A stretch of DNA of 64,000 nt from Spirochaetota bacterium (GTDB lineage: Bacteria > Spirochaetota > UBA4802 > UBA5550), in the NCBI GenBank assembly GCA_041737965.1, contig JBGSQT010000014.1, forward strand, positions 5,509-69,508, written 5' to 3'. Of this stretch, positions 34,623 to 44,729 are shown one piece after another. The notes under the pieces were generated by a model. The model made no database searches, had not been told where the DNA came from, and saw nothing but the letters and a program-made list of their open reading frames with translations. Position 1 is the stretch's first letter; every line of letters starts with the position of its first letter. The translations under genes were made by a program, and so were the position numbers.

Positions 34623-36638
34623 TCAGGACACCTTGTTTCCCGGCACCGCGCCGCTGTCCGGCCCCAGGAGGAATACGCCGCCTTCGCCGTCTGTGGCCGC
34701 CAGGAGCATCCCTTCGGACAGGCCGAATTTCATCTTGCGGGGCTTTAGATTGGCCACCACCACGATGAGCCGGCCGGAAAGATCTTCCGGTTTGTACTGT
34801 TTTTTTATGCCGGCGAAAATCGTCCGCTCTTCCTCGCCAAGGCTTATCCTGAGTTTGAGGAGCTTGTCCGCCCCCTCGATCTCCTCGGCAGAGATGATTT
34901 TCGCCACTCTGAGGTCCACTTTCGCGAAGTCGTCGTATTCAATGGTCTGTGTTTCCTGTTCCGTCATCTCCTTCTCCTTTGCCGCAGGGGTGTCCGTTTC
35001 CAAACTCCCCTGAATGATTGCGTCCACCGCCTCCTTCGGTATCCTCTGCGCCAGGTGCTCGTAGGGGCGGACTTCGGTTTCCTCAAGGGATCGTCCCGCC
35101 GATTCCCAGGTGTAGGGGGCTTCGTTGAAGAGCTCCTCGACCCTGGCCGCGTACACCGGCAGTACCGGCTTCAGAAAAATCGCGAGCAGCCTGAACGAGT
35201 TGATCACCGCGGTGATGATCCCCCTCGCCTTTTCCGGGTCCGCGGCAATGACCTTCCACGGCTCGTTCTCGTCCACGTATTTGTTCGCGTCCTCGGCGAG
35301 GGACCTGATTTCCATCATGGCCCTGTTGAAATTCCTGTTCTCATAATGCGTGGCGATGGTTTCCGCGCTCCCGCGGATTTTCTCCACCAGGGCAAGGCCG
35401 TCGCCGGAGAGGGTTCCGGTTTTCAGGCCGATTTTCGCGAGCATCTGGACGCTTCTGGATGCAAGGTTGGTGATCTTGCCGATGAGCTCGGAATTTACGC
35501 GATTGACGAAATCCTCCATGGAGAGGTCCACGTCCTCAACAGTGGCGCCGAGCTTGCAGGCGTAATAGTACCGCAGGTACATAGGGTCAAGGTGGTCGAG
35601 ATAGGTGCGCGCCTTGATAAAGGTCCCCTTGGATTTGCTCATCTTTTCGCCGTTTACGGTCAGAAACCCGTGCACGAAAACCTGGTCAGGGGTTTTGAAC
35701 CCGGAAAGAGAGAGCATCGCCGGCCAGAAGAGGGTGTGGAAGTAGACTATGTCCTTGCCGATAAAGTGGTACAGCTCCGCGTCACCGCTGTGCCAGAACT
35801 CGCGGTAGTCCCTGTTGTTCCGCTCGCACCAGTTTTTCGTGGAGGAGATGTATCCCACCGGCGCATCAACCCATACGTAGAAATACTTGTCTTTTTTTCC
35901 CGGAATGGGAAAGCCGAAATAGGGGGCATCCCGGGAGATGTCCCAGTCCCGGAGGTCGTCCTTCAGCCACTCGTCAAGCTTGTTGGCGATCTCTTTCGAT
36001 GTGTGGCCGCGCACCCAATCTTTCAGGAAAGAGCGGAAATTGTTCAGTTTGAAAAAAATATGCATGCTCTCCCGTTCCTGCGGCGGTGTGCCGCAGATGA
36101 CGCAGCGGGAATCCTTGAGCTCGGCAGGGTTGTAGGTGGCGCTGCAGACGTCGCATGAATCGCCGTACTGGTCCGGGGACCCGCAGGAGGGGCATATCCC
36201 GCGCACAAAACGGTCCGGGAGAAACATCTTGTCCACGTCGCAGTAGAGCTGGCGGATCGGGCGCTCCTCGATGTGGTTCCCCTCGAGCATCTTCGCGTAT
36301 ATCTCCTCGGAGAGCACCCTGTTTTCGGGACTGTTGGTCGTGTAGTAGTTGTCGAAGTCCACGCTGAAACCGGTGAAATCAGAAAGGTGCCGTTTATGAA
36401 ACCTTTCGATCAGTTCCTCCGGGGTGATACCCTGGTTTCTTGCGCTGATCATCACCGGCGTGCCGTGAGTGTCGTCGGCGCACATGTACCGGCATTCGTG
36501 CCCCCGCATTTTCTGAAACCTCACCCAGAAATCGGTCTGGAGGTATTCCACAAGGTGCCCGAGATGAATGTCACCGTTGGCGTAGGGGAGTGCGGAGGTG
36601 ACCAGAATTTTTCTTTTTTTTTCCATGAAGCGGTCCAT
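34623..36638 (-). CDS. metG: Methionine--tRNA ligase with C-terminal tRNA-binding (EMAP/Trbp111-like) domain
   Basis: ALPYANGDIHLGH (HIGH), a Zn knuckle CPSCG...CDVC and KMSKS are present, with the C-terminal DLRVAKIISAE...KLLKL. The alternative ATG at 36626 (MEKKRKILVT) is equally plausible. Confidence 0.95.
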   Translation of the reverse strand: MDRFMEKKRKILVTSALPYANGDIHLGHLVEYLQTDFWVRFQKMRGHECRYMCADDTHGTPVMISARNQGITPEELIERFHKRHLSDFTGFSVDFDNYYTTNSPENRVLSEEIYAKMLEGNHIEERPIRQLYCDVDKMFLPDRFVRGICPSCGSPDQYGDSCDVCSATYNPAELKDSRCVICGTPPQERESMHIFFKLNNFRSFLKDWVRGHTSKEIANKLDEWLKDDLRDWDISRDAPYFGFPIPGKKDKYFYVWVDAPVGYISSTKNWCERNNRDYREFWHSGDAELYHFIGKDIVYFHTLFWPAMLSLSGFKTPDQVFVHGFLTVNGEKMSKSKGTFIKARTYLDHLDPMYLRYYYACKLGATVEDVDLSMEDFVNRVNSELIGKITNLASRSVQMLAKIGLKTGTLSGDGLALVEKIRGSAETIATHYENRNFNRAMMEIRSLAEDANKYVDENEPWKVIAADPEKARGIITAVINSFRLLAIFLKPVLPVYAARVEELFNEAPYTWESAGRSLEETEVRPYEHLAQRIPKEAVDAIIQGSLETDTPAAKEKEMTEQETQTIEYDDFAKVDLRVAKIISAEEIEGADKLLKLRISLGEEERTIFAGIKKQYKPEDLSGRLIVVVANLKPRKMKFGLSEGMLLAATDGEGGVFLLGPDSGAVPGNKVS

Positions 36639-36829
36639 ACGTTGGTATTGGCAGTCCGCTCACAATCGCCGAGGCGTTAAAAACTGTCAATTACATAATT
36701 AATTACCCATGAAAGGTCTTGACAGTCATGATTTTTTATGCTGCTGTCCTCCGGTCCGCCGGTAATGCAGTGCCGTTCAAGGACAATTGTCTCTTTTTAT
36801 ACATATTACAATAAATCAGGAGAGGTAAG

Positions 36830-37264
36830 ATGAGGATTCTAAATTCTGTAACGGAAAAACTTTTTGCAGTCATGATCGTGGCGATGATTTCGCTGACCGT
36901 GGGCGGTTGCTCCTCCTTCGGCATCGGCGGTTCGAGCGAAGTTGAACCGAACAACGACGTAAGCCTCGCGGACAGGGTGAGCGGGATGCAGATAAACGGC
37001 GTCATCGGTTACGAAGGGGACGTGGACTGGTATGTGCTGAACAACCAGGAAGGATACACTCCTACTTTCGTCATATACCATGACCCGTCGATAGACGTCG
37101 ATTTCGAGGTGTACAACACCATGAACGGCTATATGTCGAGCGTTGGGTTCGCCACGGGAACGCAGAGCGGCGATTCCATCCGGGTCAGCACGCCGGGACA
37201 GGTGCATGTCCGGGTCTGGTCGTACCGGGGCACCGGCAGTTACCAGATACAGATTATCCCATAA
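36830..37264 (+). CDS. Small lipoprotein consisting of a pre-peptidase C-terminal (PPC)-like domain
   Basis: AGGAGAGG lies upstream of the ATG. The lipobox is LTVGGCSS. EVEPNNDVSLADRV...INGVIGYEGDVDWYVL fits the PPC pattern (EPNd...A..i...G.l...D.DwY). Confidence 0.6.
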   Translation: MRILNSVTEKLFAVMIVAMISLTVGGCSSFGIGGSSEVEPNNDVSLADRVSGMQINGVIGYEGDVDWYVLNNQEGYTPTFVIYHDPSIDVDFEVYNTMNGYMSSVGFATGTQSGDSIRVSTPGQVHVRVWSYRGTGSYQIQIIP

Positions 37265-37316
37265 AGACGCACGGCGAAATTTCGCGGGAGACGCGGATTA
37301 AAACAGGGGGAAGCGT

Positions 37317-37559
37317 ATGATAAATCTGATCATTTTTCTGATTGTGGGGCTGATTGCGGGATGGCTCGCCGGCCTTTTATGGAAAGGGCGCGGGTTCGGC
37401 GTCGCGGGCAACCTCGTGGTCGGAGTGGTGGGGGCCTTTCTTGGCGGGTTCCTTCTTCGGCTGATAGGGGTCCATTACAGCGGCATCATTGCCTCAATCG
37501 TCGCCGCGGTTATCGGGGCTCTGCTGCTTCTTTCTATTATAAATTTAATAAAAAAATAG
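37317..37559 (+). CDS. GlsB/YeaQ/YmgE-family stress-response membrane protein
   Basis: 80 aa reading LIVGLIAGWLAGLLWKGRGFGVAGNLVVGVVGAFLGGFL, the classic transglycosylase-associated family sequence. Confidence 0.85.
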   Translation: MINLIIFLIVGLIAGWLAGLLWKGRGFGVAGNLVVGVVGAFLGGFLLRLIGVHYSGIIASIVAAVIGALLLLSIINLIKK

Positions 37560-37584
37560 GGGAATCGGCGCGGGTTTGCCCGCC

Positions 37585-38541
37585 TTATCTTCGTCCTGTA
37601 ATAAGGCCGATGCTCTCCTTTCCCCTGGTCCAATGCCAGTCGTCCCGGGCGTTATAGTAAAGCAAAAAGCGCCTCCCGGGGCGGTGGTATCGTATGTCGC
37701 AGGCGTAAACGTGGCTCCTCTGCCACCCGGCAGTGGGCTTTATGACCGGCTCCTCGATATGCGTGTTCCAATCCATGCCGTTTCCGGACCTTCGGAGCAG
37801 GATCGCGGAGCCCGATCTGCCGCTCCCCCGGTCGATGTAGATTCCGTTCTGGAATCCCACGAACCCGTCGTCCGCGCGCAGGACCTTGATCGCCCCGGCG
37901 CCGAGATTCATCCACCGGCTTTCCGGATCGGGTGAGATCACCGGTTCCGGGTGCACCCGGAAGGGTCCCGCAGGGCTTTCCGATTCCGCCATGCCGATGT
38001 GTTTCGGTTCGCAGAACCCGCAATCCGGCACATAGGAGAGGGACGCGCTGAAAAAAAGAAGGTAACCCCGGCCTGTCCTTACCAGGCACGGGTTGCTCAC
38101 CGACTCGCCGAGCGCCCGGTCACGATGCCACGGGAGCGACGGCGCGAGTAAAACGGCAGGATCATCCCAGGAGGAGAGGTCCCGGGACGCCCTTATTTCG
38201 ATGCGGGACCTCCATTTCCAGAACCTCATCCAGGGGACAAGGATCTGCAGAGGGCGGTATTTTTCATAGAGCAGGTAATAGGCATCGTCCCCGCGGAAAA
38301 TGAAGGCCCGCATCGCGTTCCTGATCAAAAGCACGGGGTCTCTCCACGATATGCCGTCATCTGAACGGAAGTGGTGTACCCCCCAGATAGTATGGGCGAA
38401 AAGGTGCCACAGGCCGTCCGGGGATTCCTCCGGCAGGAGAACCGACGGATCGGCGATCACCGGGGATAGTCCCGGGGGAGTGAGAATCGGATTGTCGCCA
38501 GGTACGGTCCATTTGATCTTTCCGTAATCAGCTGTTTTCAT
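37585..38541 (-). CDS. Five-bladed beta-propeller glycoside-hydrolase-like protein (GH43/GH32/GH130-like)
   Basis: 318 aa with no signal peptide. NPILTPP...ADPSVL...DGLWHLF... and repeated W/D-containing blade-like segments are present. The subfamily cannot be determined by eye. Confidence 0.45.
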   Translation of the reverse strand: MKTADYGKIKWTVPGDNPILTPPGLSPVIADPSVLLPEESPDGLWHLFAHTIWGVHHFRSDDGISWRDPVLLIRNAMRAFIFRGDDAYYLLYEKYRPLQILVPWMRFWKWRSRIEIRASRDLSSWDDPAVLLAPSLPWHRDRALGESVSNPCLVRTGRGYLLFFSASLSYVPDCGFCEPKHIGMAESESPAGPFRVHPEPVISPDPESRWMNLGAGAIKVLRADDGFVGFQNGIYIDRGSGRSGSAILLRRSGNGMDWNTHIEEPVIKPTAGWQRSHVYACDIRYHRPGRRFLLYYNARDDWHWTRGKESIGLITGRR

Positions 38542-38766
38542 GCTTTCTCCTCCGGATGCTGAATCTAATCACGCTGAAAAGGGTTTTGTCAATCCCATAA
38601 TGCCCGGCCGCGGTGACGGATATTGGGGGGGCGATTTTAGCCGGTAAAAATCGTTTTTTCCGGTCGAATCGGCGTGGTTGAATTTTATTTTTCAAAAAAA
38701 AAATGGATTGAGTTATCGGCCCGTGTATGGTATAAAAAGCGAATAATAACGCCACAGGAGCCAGTA

Positions 38767-39747
38767 ATGAAAAAAAAGATACTGATCGGCCTTTCGGTGA
38801 TCATTGCCGCGCTTGCGACATGGCATGTCGTGATGACGTCCGTTTCTTATACCTATACGCCGTCGCCTTTGCCGAAAACATTTGATGAATTCTATAAAGA
38901 AAAACTCCGGATCAGCCGGGAGCTCAAGGTTCGTCCGAAAAACGAGGAGAAGCTTGTACGCTTCGCCGAAAAAACTCCGGTCGCGATCCTGTATATACAC
39001 GGATACGGGGCCTCCCGCGCCGAGGGTGAGCTGGTCATGGACAGGATCGCCAAGCAGCTTAAGGCCAACACCTATTATCTCAGGCTTCCGGGCCACGGCA
39101 CCACCATCCTGGACCATGCGGGAGTGACTCCCAAAGAACATCTCGACGAGGCGATTACCACGCTGGAAATGATGCGTAAACTCGGAGACAAGGTCATTGT
39201 TGTGGGGACCAGCATGGGAGGGCTTATCACCACCTATATCGCCGCCGAGTATCCGGGCAAAATGGATGCAGCGGTGCTGGTGTCGCCATTTTACCAGTTC
39301 GGAAATTTAAACGGGAAGCTGACCAATTTCTATCCCATGTTCAGGCTCATTTCGGCTGTGATGCCGCATCGTCCTTCATCGCCGATACCGGATGAGGCTG
39401 ACAACTGGTCACTCTACTGGTATCCGAACCAGTACATGAAGGCCTTGAGACAGCTTCACCTGCTGCGGGCCATCGGCGTTCACGATTCAATATTTCGCAA
39501 GATTCACATACCTGTCCTTCTTCTTTATTATTTCAAGGACGAAGAAAATCGCGACACAACAGCCGATGTGGGCGCAATGCTTGACGCCTACGATGAGTTT
39601 AACGACGGTACGCCAAACAGGCTCAGCAGAAAAGTCGCCATTGAAAATGGGAATCACGTGCTGATGAGCAAGTATCAGAAGGTAGATTACGACAGAGTTG
39701 AAAAGACTGTGCTGGATTTTGTACGCGATCTGGGCTGGCAAAAATAA
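38767..39747 (+). CDS. Membrane-anchored alpha/beta hydrolase (lysophospholipase/carboxylesterase-like)
   Basis: AGGAG lies upstream of the ATG at 38767. The protein has an N-terminal anchor, the oxyanion region ILYIHGYGAS, the nucleophile elbow VVGTSMGG and a late ENGNHV. Confidence 0.75.
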   Translation: MKKKILIGLSVIIAALATWHVVMTSVSYTYTPSPLPKTFDEFYKEKLRISRELKVRPKNEEKLVRFAEKTPVAILYIHGYGASRAEGELVMDRIAKQLKANTYYLRLPGHGTTILDHAGVTPKEHLDEAITTLEMMRKLGDKVIVVGTSMGGLITTYIAAEYPGKMDAAVLVSPFYQFGNLNGKLTNFYPMFRLISAVMPHRPSSPIPDEADNWSLYWYPNQYMKALRQLHLLRAIGVHDSIFRKIHIPVLLLYYFKDEENRDTTADVGAMLDAYDEFNDGTPNRLSRKVAIENGNHVLMSKYQKVDYDRVEKTVLDFVRDLGWQK

Positions 39748-39774
39748 TCCCTCCATGCATGGGATAATGGGAAG

Positions 39775-39800
39775 ACCGCGTTTCGGCGCGGTTTTTTTTA
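39775..39800 (+). terminator. Rho-independent terminator; also the left edge of the lower-G+C segment
   Basis: The stem is ACCGCG (39775-39780) / CGCGGT (39787-39792), followed by T8. Confidence 0.75.
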
Positions 39801-40036
39801 TCCCTGTCATTTGCATCTAAACGAGAAGGGCGAAGAACATGGGAAATTCATGAAGGACAGCATCGAGAAATTGTCAGTATGATTTTGGGTTCCCTCGGGA
39901 TTGATGATGTGAAGCTGCGCAACAGAGTCGTGGAAACAATGAAGGATAGTATGACCGCAAAAGGAGATCTGTTGCAACGTGATAGGTGGTTAGAAAAAAA
40001 AGGAATAAATAACTGAAAGAAGCAACAGGAGAAGGT

Positions 40037-40618
40037 ATGGTACTTTCAAGAATCGAATTTATCGCCATGAACAACCCGGTACGAAGGCTCATACAGAAGC
40101 ATTTCGAATTCCGCAAATTCCAAAAGATGGGGCTTGTCGATACGGGCATGGACATTCTGGAGATAGGATGCGGCTCAGGGTACGCCGCGGTGCTGTTGTC
40201 AAAGCTGAATCTAAAGAGTTACGTGGGAATTGACCTGATGCCTGAACAAATCATGATTGCCGGTAAAAGGAAATTACCCGGGTATGAGTTTATCGTGATG
40301 GACGCAACCGATCTGGGCCGCTTTTCAAGTGGCAGCAGGGATATTGTGGTGATATTCGGTATACTGCATCACATTCCGGAATGGAGAAAGGTGCTGGCTG
40401 AATGCGGCAGGGTGTTGAAAAAGGGGGGGATGATATTTCTTGATGAACCGGGGGGCAGGCTTCTCAGACCGTGGGACAGGATTTTTCGATTGGGCCATCC
40501 GGAGGAGGGGTATTTTACCCTGGAGGAACTGGGGCGTGAGATCGAGAAAGCCGGCTTCACCATCACCGGCCATGCGAAGTATTTCGGTTTCGGGATATAT
40601 GCGGGGAGGAAAGGATAG
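40037..40618 (+). CDS. Class I SAM-dependent methyltransferase
   Basis: 193 aa with motif I ILEIGCGSGYAA, motif II IVMDATD and GGMIFLDEP. GGAGAAGG lies upstream of the ATG. Confidence 0.8.
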   Translation: MVLSRIEFIAMNNPVRRLIQKHFEFRKFQKMGLVDTGMDILEIGCGSGYAAVLLSKLNLKSYVGIDLMPEQIMIAGKRKLPGYEFIVMDATDLGRFSSGSRDIVVIFGILHHIPEWRKVLAECGRVLKKGGMIFLDEPGGRLLRPWDRIFRLGHPEEGYFTLEELGREIEKAGFTITGHAKYFGFGIYAGRKG

Positions 40619-41005
40619 TTATCCACTTCCGTTTCACATGATGAAGATACACTTAATGTGATGCTGTTATTTATAGAATACTCGCTGCAGGTGCTGACAG
40701 GATGGATTACAAATAGTTGGATTCTATCCCACTAATAATTACCGGCTCATCCTTTTTAAAATGGTATTTAAAATGTGGTAAATATTGTAGAATATGGCAT
40801 AGGTGATTCCTGTATGACATCCATGCAGCAGACATAAATCCATCATGAAAATGAGATATTTAAATTTATATTCATGACAGCGCAGGTAAGCATGATTTCA
40901 ACCGGTTTACACACAGGAAACCGGCAGCAGATTATTTTCGGTGTCACAGGGCTTCGCGCTGTGCCTAAACGGGGGGATATGTTCTTCTCTCATCATTTAC
41001 TGAGA

Positions 41006-41410
41006 TCAGTCTTTTTTCTTTATGACTCCGGTCATGATGAACAATGATGAAATAATAAAAAATACCCCTCCGGCCAGTGCTACAGGGGCAAAAATCATAG
41101 AACCTTCAGTTAAGCCCCTCAAGCCGAGTCCGACAGGAAGAAGCAGCGCGCAGACGGCAATTATCGATCCGGTTCTTTTTGATTTATCAGAAAGTCCCAG
41201 CGAGTCAATCAGCATTCCGAAAATGAGATTGTAAAATGCCATCAGTAATCCATGTGTGTGACTTCCCCGCAGAAATATTCTGACATAGGTCATACTGTAG
41301 ACTCCGTCTTTCATGAATGCATCCATTGTGCCTCCCAGCAAAAAACCGCCAATCCCGCCGGCGACAATTACAATAGAACCAATTATGATATTTAATCTTC
41401 CGTATTTCAT
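41006..41410 (-). CDS. Hypothetical 4-TM membrane protein
   Basis: 134 aa with four hydrophobic segments, AT-rich codon usage and no recognisable family. Confidence 0.5.
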   Translation of the reverse strand: MKYGRLNIIIGSIVIVAGGIGGFLLGGTMDAFMKDGVYSMTYVRIFLRGSHTHGLLMAFYNLIFGMLIDSLGLSDKSKRTGSIIAVCALLLPVGLGLRGLTEGSMIFAPVALAGGVFFIISSLFIMTGVIKKKD

Positions 41411-41715
41411 CTATCTTCCAATTTCAAAGACACTCGTGTATTTAATTTCACAATGTCATTATATTCAACATCATTTTCCATGAAAAGCGTATTTCATCAA
41501 ATAAGCATAAAGATCACTTGCAATTTGGGCTTTCTAGAAAATTCGTAAATTATAAAAAAAAATTAATGGATGCGTGATTGATGTTATGGCGGAAATACGC
41601 GGGAAAGAGGCCGAAAAGGCGAAAACTTGTGCATCTGGGAAAAACAAATGTAGCGAATGAAAAACCAGGGTTAGTTGGAATTCGAATATTTCACTTTTCC
41701 TTCAACGGAAAATTG

Positions 41716-41808
41716 AGGAGAGACAACAGCTTGATACATCTGTCAAAGCAGATCCCCTGGGATTAACTCGAAGAAGAATACAAGAGATTATGCTGTGATC
41801 AGCCCTAA
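41716..41808 (+). pseudogene. Remnant of an IS5/IS1182-type transposase N-terminus (DUF772-like)
   Basis: The reading is RRDNSLIHLSKQIPWD*LEEEYKRLCCDQP. It resembles the conserved ...npL..L...IdW..Le.ef..ly start of IS5-family transposases. It carries an in-frame stop and no transposase body follows. Confidence 0.3.
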
Positions 41809-41842
41809 TTGATATGTATAGAAGATATGCAATTACATCTTC

Positions 41843-42538
41843 TTATTTTGCCTCTCCTCCATGGTAGGCAATGCTAAGATAATTAAAAATATCCTTTGCC
41901 GTTGTTATTGTTGATAAATCGGTGTCAATTTTGTCGTTTTCTCCAAGCACATGGCCATGGCCGATGATTACCGGTGTTTTTTGTACCTCAGAGCCTGATA
42001 GCAATAAAGACGATTTCCAGACAAGTGACGGTTGGCCGTTTACATCGCTGAAATTCTTGTCACCCTGTATCGCGGTTTTTGGGTAATGAACATTATAATC
42101 AAAGGATATATTCGATTCGATAAACACGTCAATTTTTTTTCCCATTAGATTTTCTGGAACCGGCCATTCGATGACAAATGTGTTTCCTGAAGGCGTGGCA
42201 CCGGTGACACTGTCAATGGTTGTTGGCGGCTCATTTTTCCTTATTCCGTTCCATACGGGCAACGCTGAAGGACGTGTTTTTGCACCCCACCAATTCTCCT
42301 TCGCTCCTTTTTTTGTCGCATATATCGTTTTATTTATTCCATCACCATTGATAGTTATCCAAACCGCTGTTTGAGGATAGAATGTTTTTATGAATTTTTT
42401 ATAGGAATCTGTATTAAAAGAAAATTTTATTTCAAGATAAGGTCTTGATTTATCTACATTGATTATTTCTGGATCATTTGCGCATGAAAAAAGAGGCAAC
42501 AAAAGCATAAAAATCATAATATGATTTATAATCCGCAT
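41843..42538 (-). CDS. DUF2271-like periplasmic lipoprotein
   Basis: GGAGG lies 8 nt upstream of the ATG at 42538. The lipobox is LLPLFSCAN. QTAVWITINGDG...ALPVWNG...IDSVTGATPSG resembles DUF2271. Codon usage is very AT-rich. Confidence 0.5.
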   Translation of the reverse strand: MRIINHIMIFMLLLPLFSCANDPEIINVDKSRPYLEIKFSFNTDSYKKFIKTFYPQTAVWITINGDGINKTIYATKKGAKENWWGAKTRPSALPVWNGIRKNEPPTTIDSVTGATPSGNTFVIEWPVPENLMGKKIDVFIESNISFDYNVHYPKTAIQGDKNFSDVNGQPSLVWKSSLLLSGSEVQKTPVIIGHGHVLGENDKIDTDLSTITTAKDIFNYLSIAYHGGEAK

Positions 42539-42615
42539 GATGAAAGCCTCCATAAAATATAAGAGTAATGATGATAGCATGGTAATTGTTTTTGTAAAGC
42601 TGTTTTATGGCAGCT

Positions 42616-43083
42616 TTATGTAAAAATGTGTTCTTTATGTTTTGGGAGACCCCAGTATGTTTTCCAACAGATTGCGTTTTTCACATATATTCGTGATAGA
42701 ATATGGCATTGCAGCTGATAGTTATCAATACTATTATTTTCAAATGTACTATTCTGGAAAGTTTCAATAATTTTATCCAAATAATGTTGAACAGCAGTGG
42801 AAAGAAGTAGAGAAGCAGACTGTTTAAAAAGTTTTCTCATGTCAAAAATGAATTCATAATCACGGGGATTCAAGAACAGATGAACACGTTTCCATTCGTC
42901 TCCCTGAATTTTTTTCTGATATTTGACAGCGTCTCCATAACGTAAATATTTGCCATGTTCATTGATAATTCGGTTAAAAAGCATAACAACCAACGTTGAA
43001 ACATCCCTTTGTATCGCTTCTGCGGCAAGTTCCAGTTTTATTTTTATTTTCGCGTTTGCATTTATGGTTGTGTGAATGCGCAT
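42616..43083 (-). CDS. Hypothetical protein, possible N-terminal ribbon-helix-helix
   Basis: AGGAGG lies 5 nt upstream of the ATG at 43083. The N-terminus MRIHTTINANAKIKIKLELAAEAIQRDVSTLVVMLFNRII has a strand-helix-helix look. No family is recognised. Confidence 0.45.
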   Translation of the reverse strand: MRIHTTINANAKIKIKLELAAEAIQRDVSTLVVMLFNRIINEHGKYLRYGDAVKYQKKIQGDEWKRVHLFLNPRDYEFIFDMRKLFKQSASLLLSTAVQHYLDKIIETFQNSTFENNSIDNYQLQCHILSRIYVKNAICWKTYWGLPKHKEHIFT

Positions 43084-43262
43084 CAGTGCCTCCTGGTGTT
43101 GGTAGTATTGAATAAACGGATGGAATAAAAAAAATAATAAAAAAATGAGAACCATTTCTCATGCATCCTGTCTATGGTATATCAATATCCGATAAACAAA
43201 ATTTTCGTAGGCGTTTACCGGAATTTGAAATTCATCATGCAGAGTCAAATGCGAGGTATGAA

Positions 43263-44648
43263 ATGAAGATGAGAACATTATTTTTGTCATCCGTAACTCT
43301 CGTTGTGTGCTCAATGATCCTTGGGGGAGATTATAGCGCAGCTGATGCCACTGTGGTCTCTGTCAAAAAAGGCATTAAAGATTACAATGTATATAGTTCC
43401 GTTGTTGCCAAAACTGTTGGCATGGTAAACGATCAAAAAGCGGTATCGCTGGCGACTCGTTACGGCTTAAACGTTCTTAACGTCACATGGGAAGACACGG
43501 GACGGTATCAGAATTCAGCAGTCGGTCCGAACATAAGCGATATGACGATCCAGGTTGAGCTTATGGATCCTGCATCAAGGCAGTATCAGCTCTATTGTAT
43601 GCCGGTAATACGTTTTTCGAATTTTGAAGACAAGACATGCGATGTCAGGATGGACAGGTTCTATGTATTGGTGGGAAATGAAAAGAACAGGGGGCTGCGG
43701 AAAATAAACCTTAGAGACCTTCTCGGTAATCTCAGAAATTATCTTACGCGCCCCGGCTCCTGGAAGGGAAACGGCAGATCCCTTCTCGCGAAAAGGGACA
43801 CTCATGTGCTTGTGAGCGCCCAGGCGTGCTTTCTTCCGATCCCTAAACAAGGCGACGCAATTTTTAATCCGGTGCTTTTCAATTACCAGTCGTATGCGAA
43901 AAATCCAGCGGTATTGACAATCCTTGCTACCAGGGAGGGGACAAGCATAACCATAATCGATAACCAGCGCGACGCTTTTAACGCGGGGGGTACCTGGGGT
44001 CAGCGTCTTTTCTTCAACCAGAATGGCGAACGGGCGAGCCTCATGGGTAAAAGGATGAGTGATTTTCTTAAAGAGCAAAAAGTTATCGCGGGAGGAGTAA
44101 AGAGTTCGGTTTCTGCGGGGAACGCTAAAGGATTGAACATGGTCCTACTGATACAGGTTCCGCTTAAACATAAATCGTTCTATAACGAGGAAGGCGTACT
44201 GCCGAGCGCGTCCATGGCCAAGCAGGAGTGTGAAGCATCACGGTGCCACCGTAGCGATGTAGAAAACGCCGTGATCGGTCACGGAAAAGTGGAGGGGCCT
44301 TATACGGAAATTGATAATCTGGCCATTGAAAGGGACGAACGGTTCCCGGTGAGGGTCACCGTCCAGTTTTATAAAGCGACCGGCAACGGTCTGGTGAACG
44401 ACAGGGACATGGCCGAGATCGCATCGCAGATTACGAAAGTGTATGCGGACGCTGATTACGTGGGAAGCCTCGTGGTTGACGGTAAAAACGGCCGTCCCAC
44501 GGAACATGACGGTCCTATGGATGAACCTCCCGGTTGGTGGGACTCCTTCTGGAGCCAGTATGAACATGAAAACGGACAGACCAGGGAAGATGCGATCCGG
44601 ATGTTCCGAAATCTGCTGGGCATTCACATCAGGCCTTTTTATCAGTGA
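43263..44648 (+). CDS. Hypothetical secreted protein (about 460 aa), no recognisable family
   Basis: GAGGT lies upstream of the ATG at 43263. The signal peptide is MKMRTLFLSSVTLVVCSMILGGDYSAADA. The ORF is long and uninterrupted, and a strong terminator follows. Confidence 0.6.
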   Translation: MKMRTLFLSSVTLVVCSMILGGDYSAADATVVSVKKGIKDYNVYSSVVAKTVGMVNDQKAVSLATRYGLNVLNVTWEDTGRYQNSAVGPNISDMTIQVELMDPASRQYQLYCMPVIRFSNFEDKTCDVRMDRFYVLVGNEKNRGLRKINLRDLLGNLRNYLTRPGSWKGNGRSLLAKRDTHVLVSAQACFLPIPKQGDAIFNPVLFNYQSYAKNPAVLTILATREGTSITIIDNQRDAFNAGGTWGQRLFFNQNGERASLMGKRMSDFLKEQKVIAGGVKSSVSAGNAKGLNMVLLIQVPLKHKSFYNEEGVLPSASMAKQECEASRCHRSDVENAVIGHGKVEGPYTEIDNLAIERDERFPVRVTVQFYKATGNGLVNDRDMAEIASQITKVYADADYVGSLVVDGKNGRPTEHDGPMDEPPGWWDSFWSQYEHENGQTREDAIRMFRNLLGIHIRPFYQ

Positions 44649-44667
44649 TTGGAACAGTGTGCGAGAA

Positions 44668-44696
44668 TAAAAGCGCCGGCCTACGCCGGCGTTTTT
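44668..44696. terminator. Bidirectional intrinsic terminator
   Basis: The pattern is an A-run, CGCCGGC (44674-44680), loop CTAC, GCCGGCG (44685-44691), then T5. It lies between convergent genes. Confidence 0.75.
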
Positions 44697-44729
44697 ATTG
44701 AGATGACATGATTGAATACTCGGGGCATA

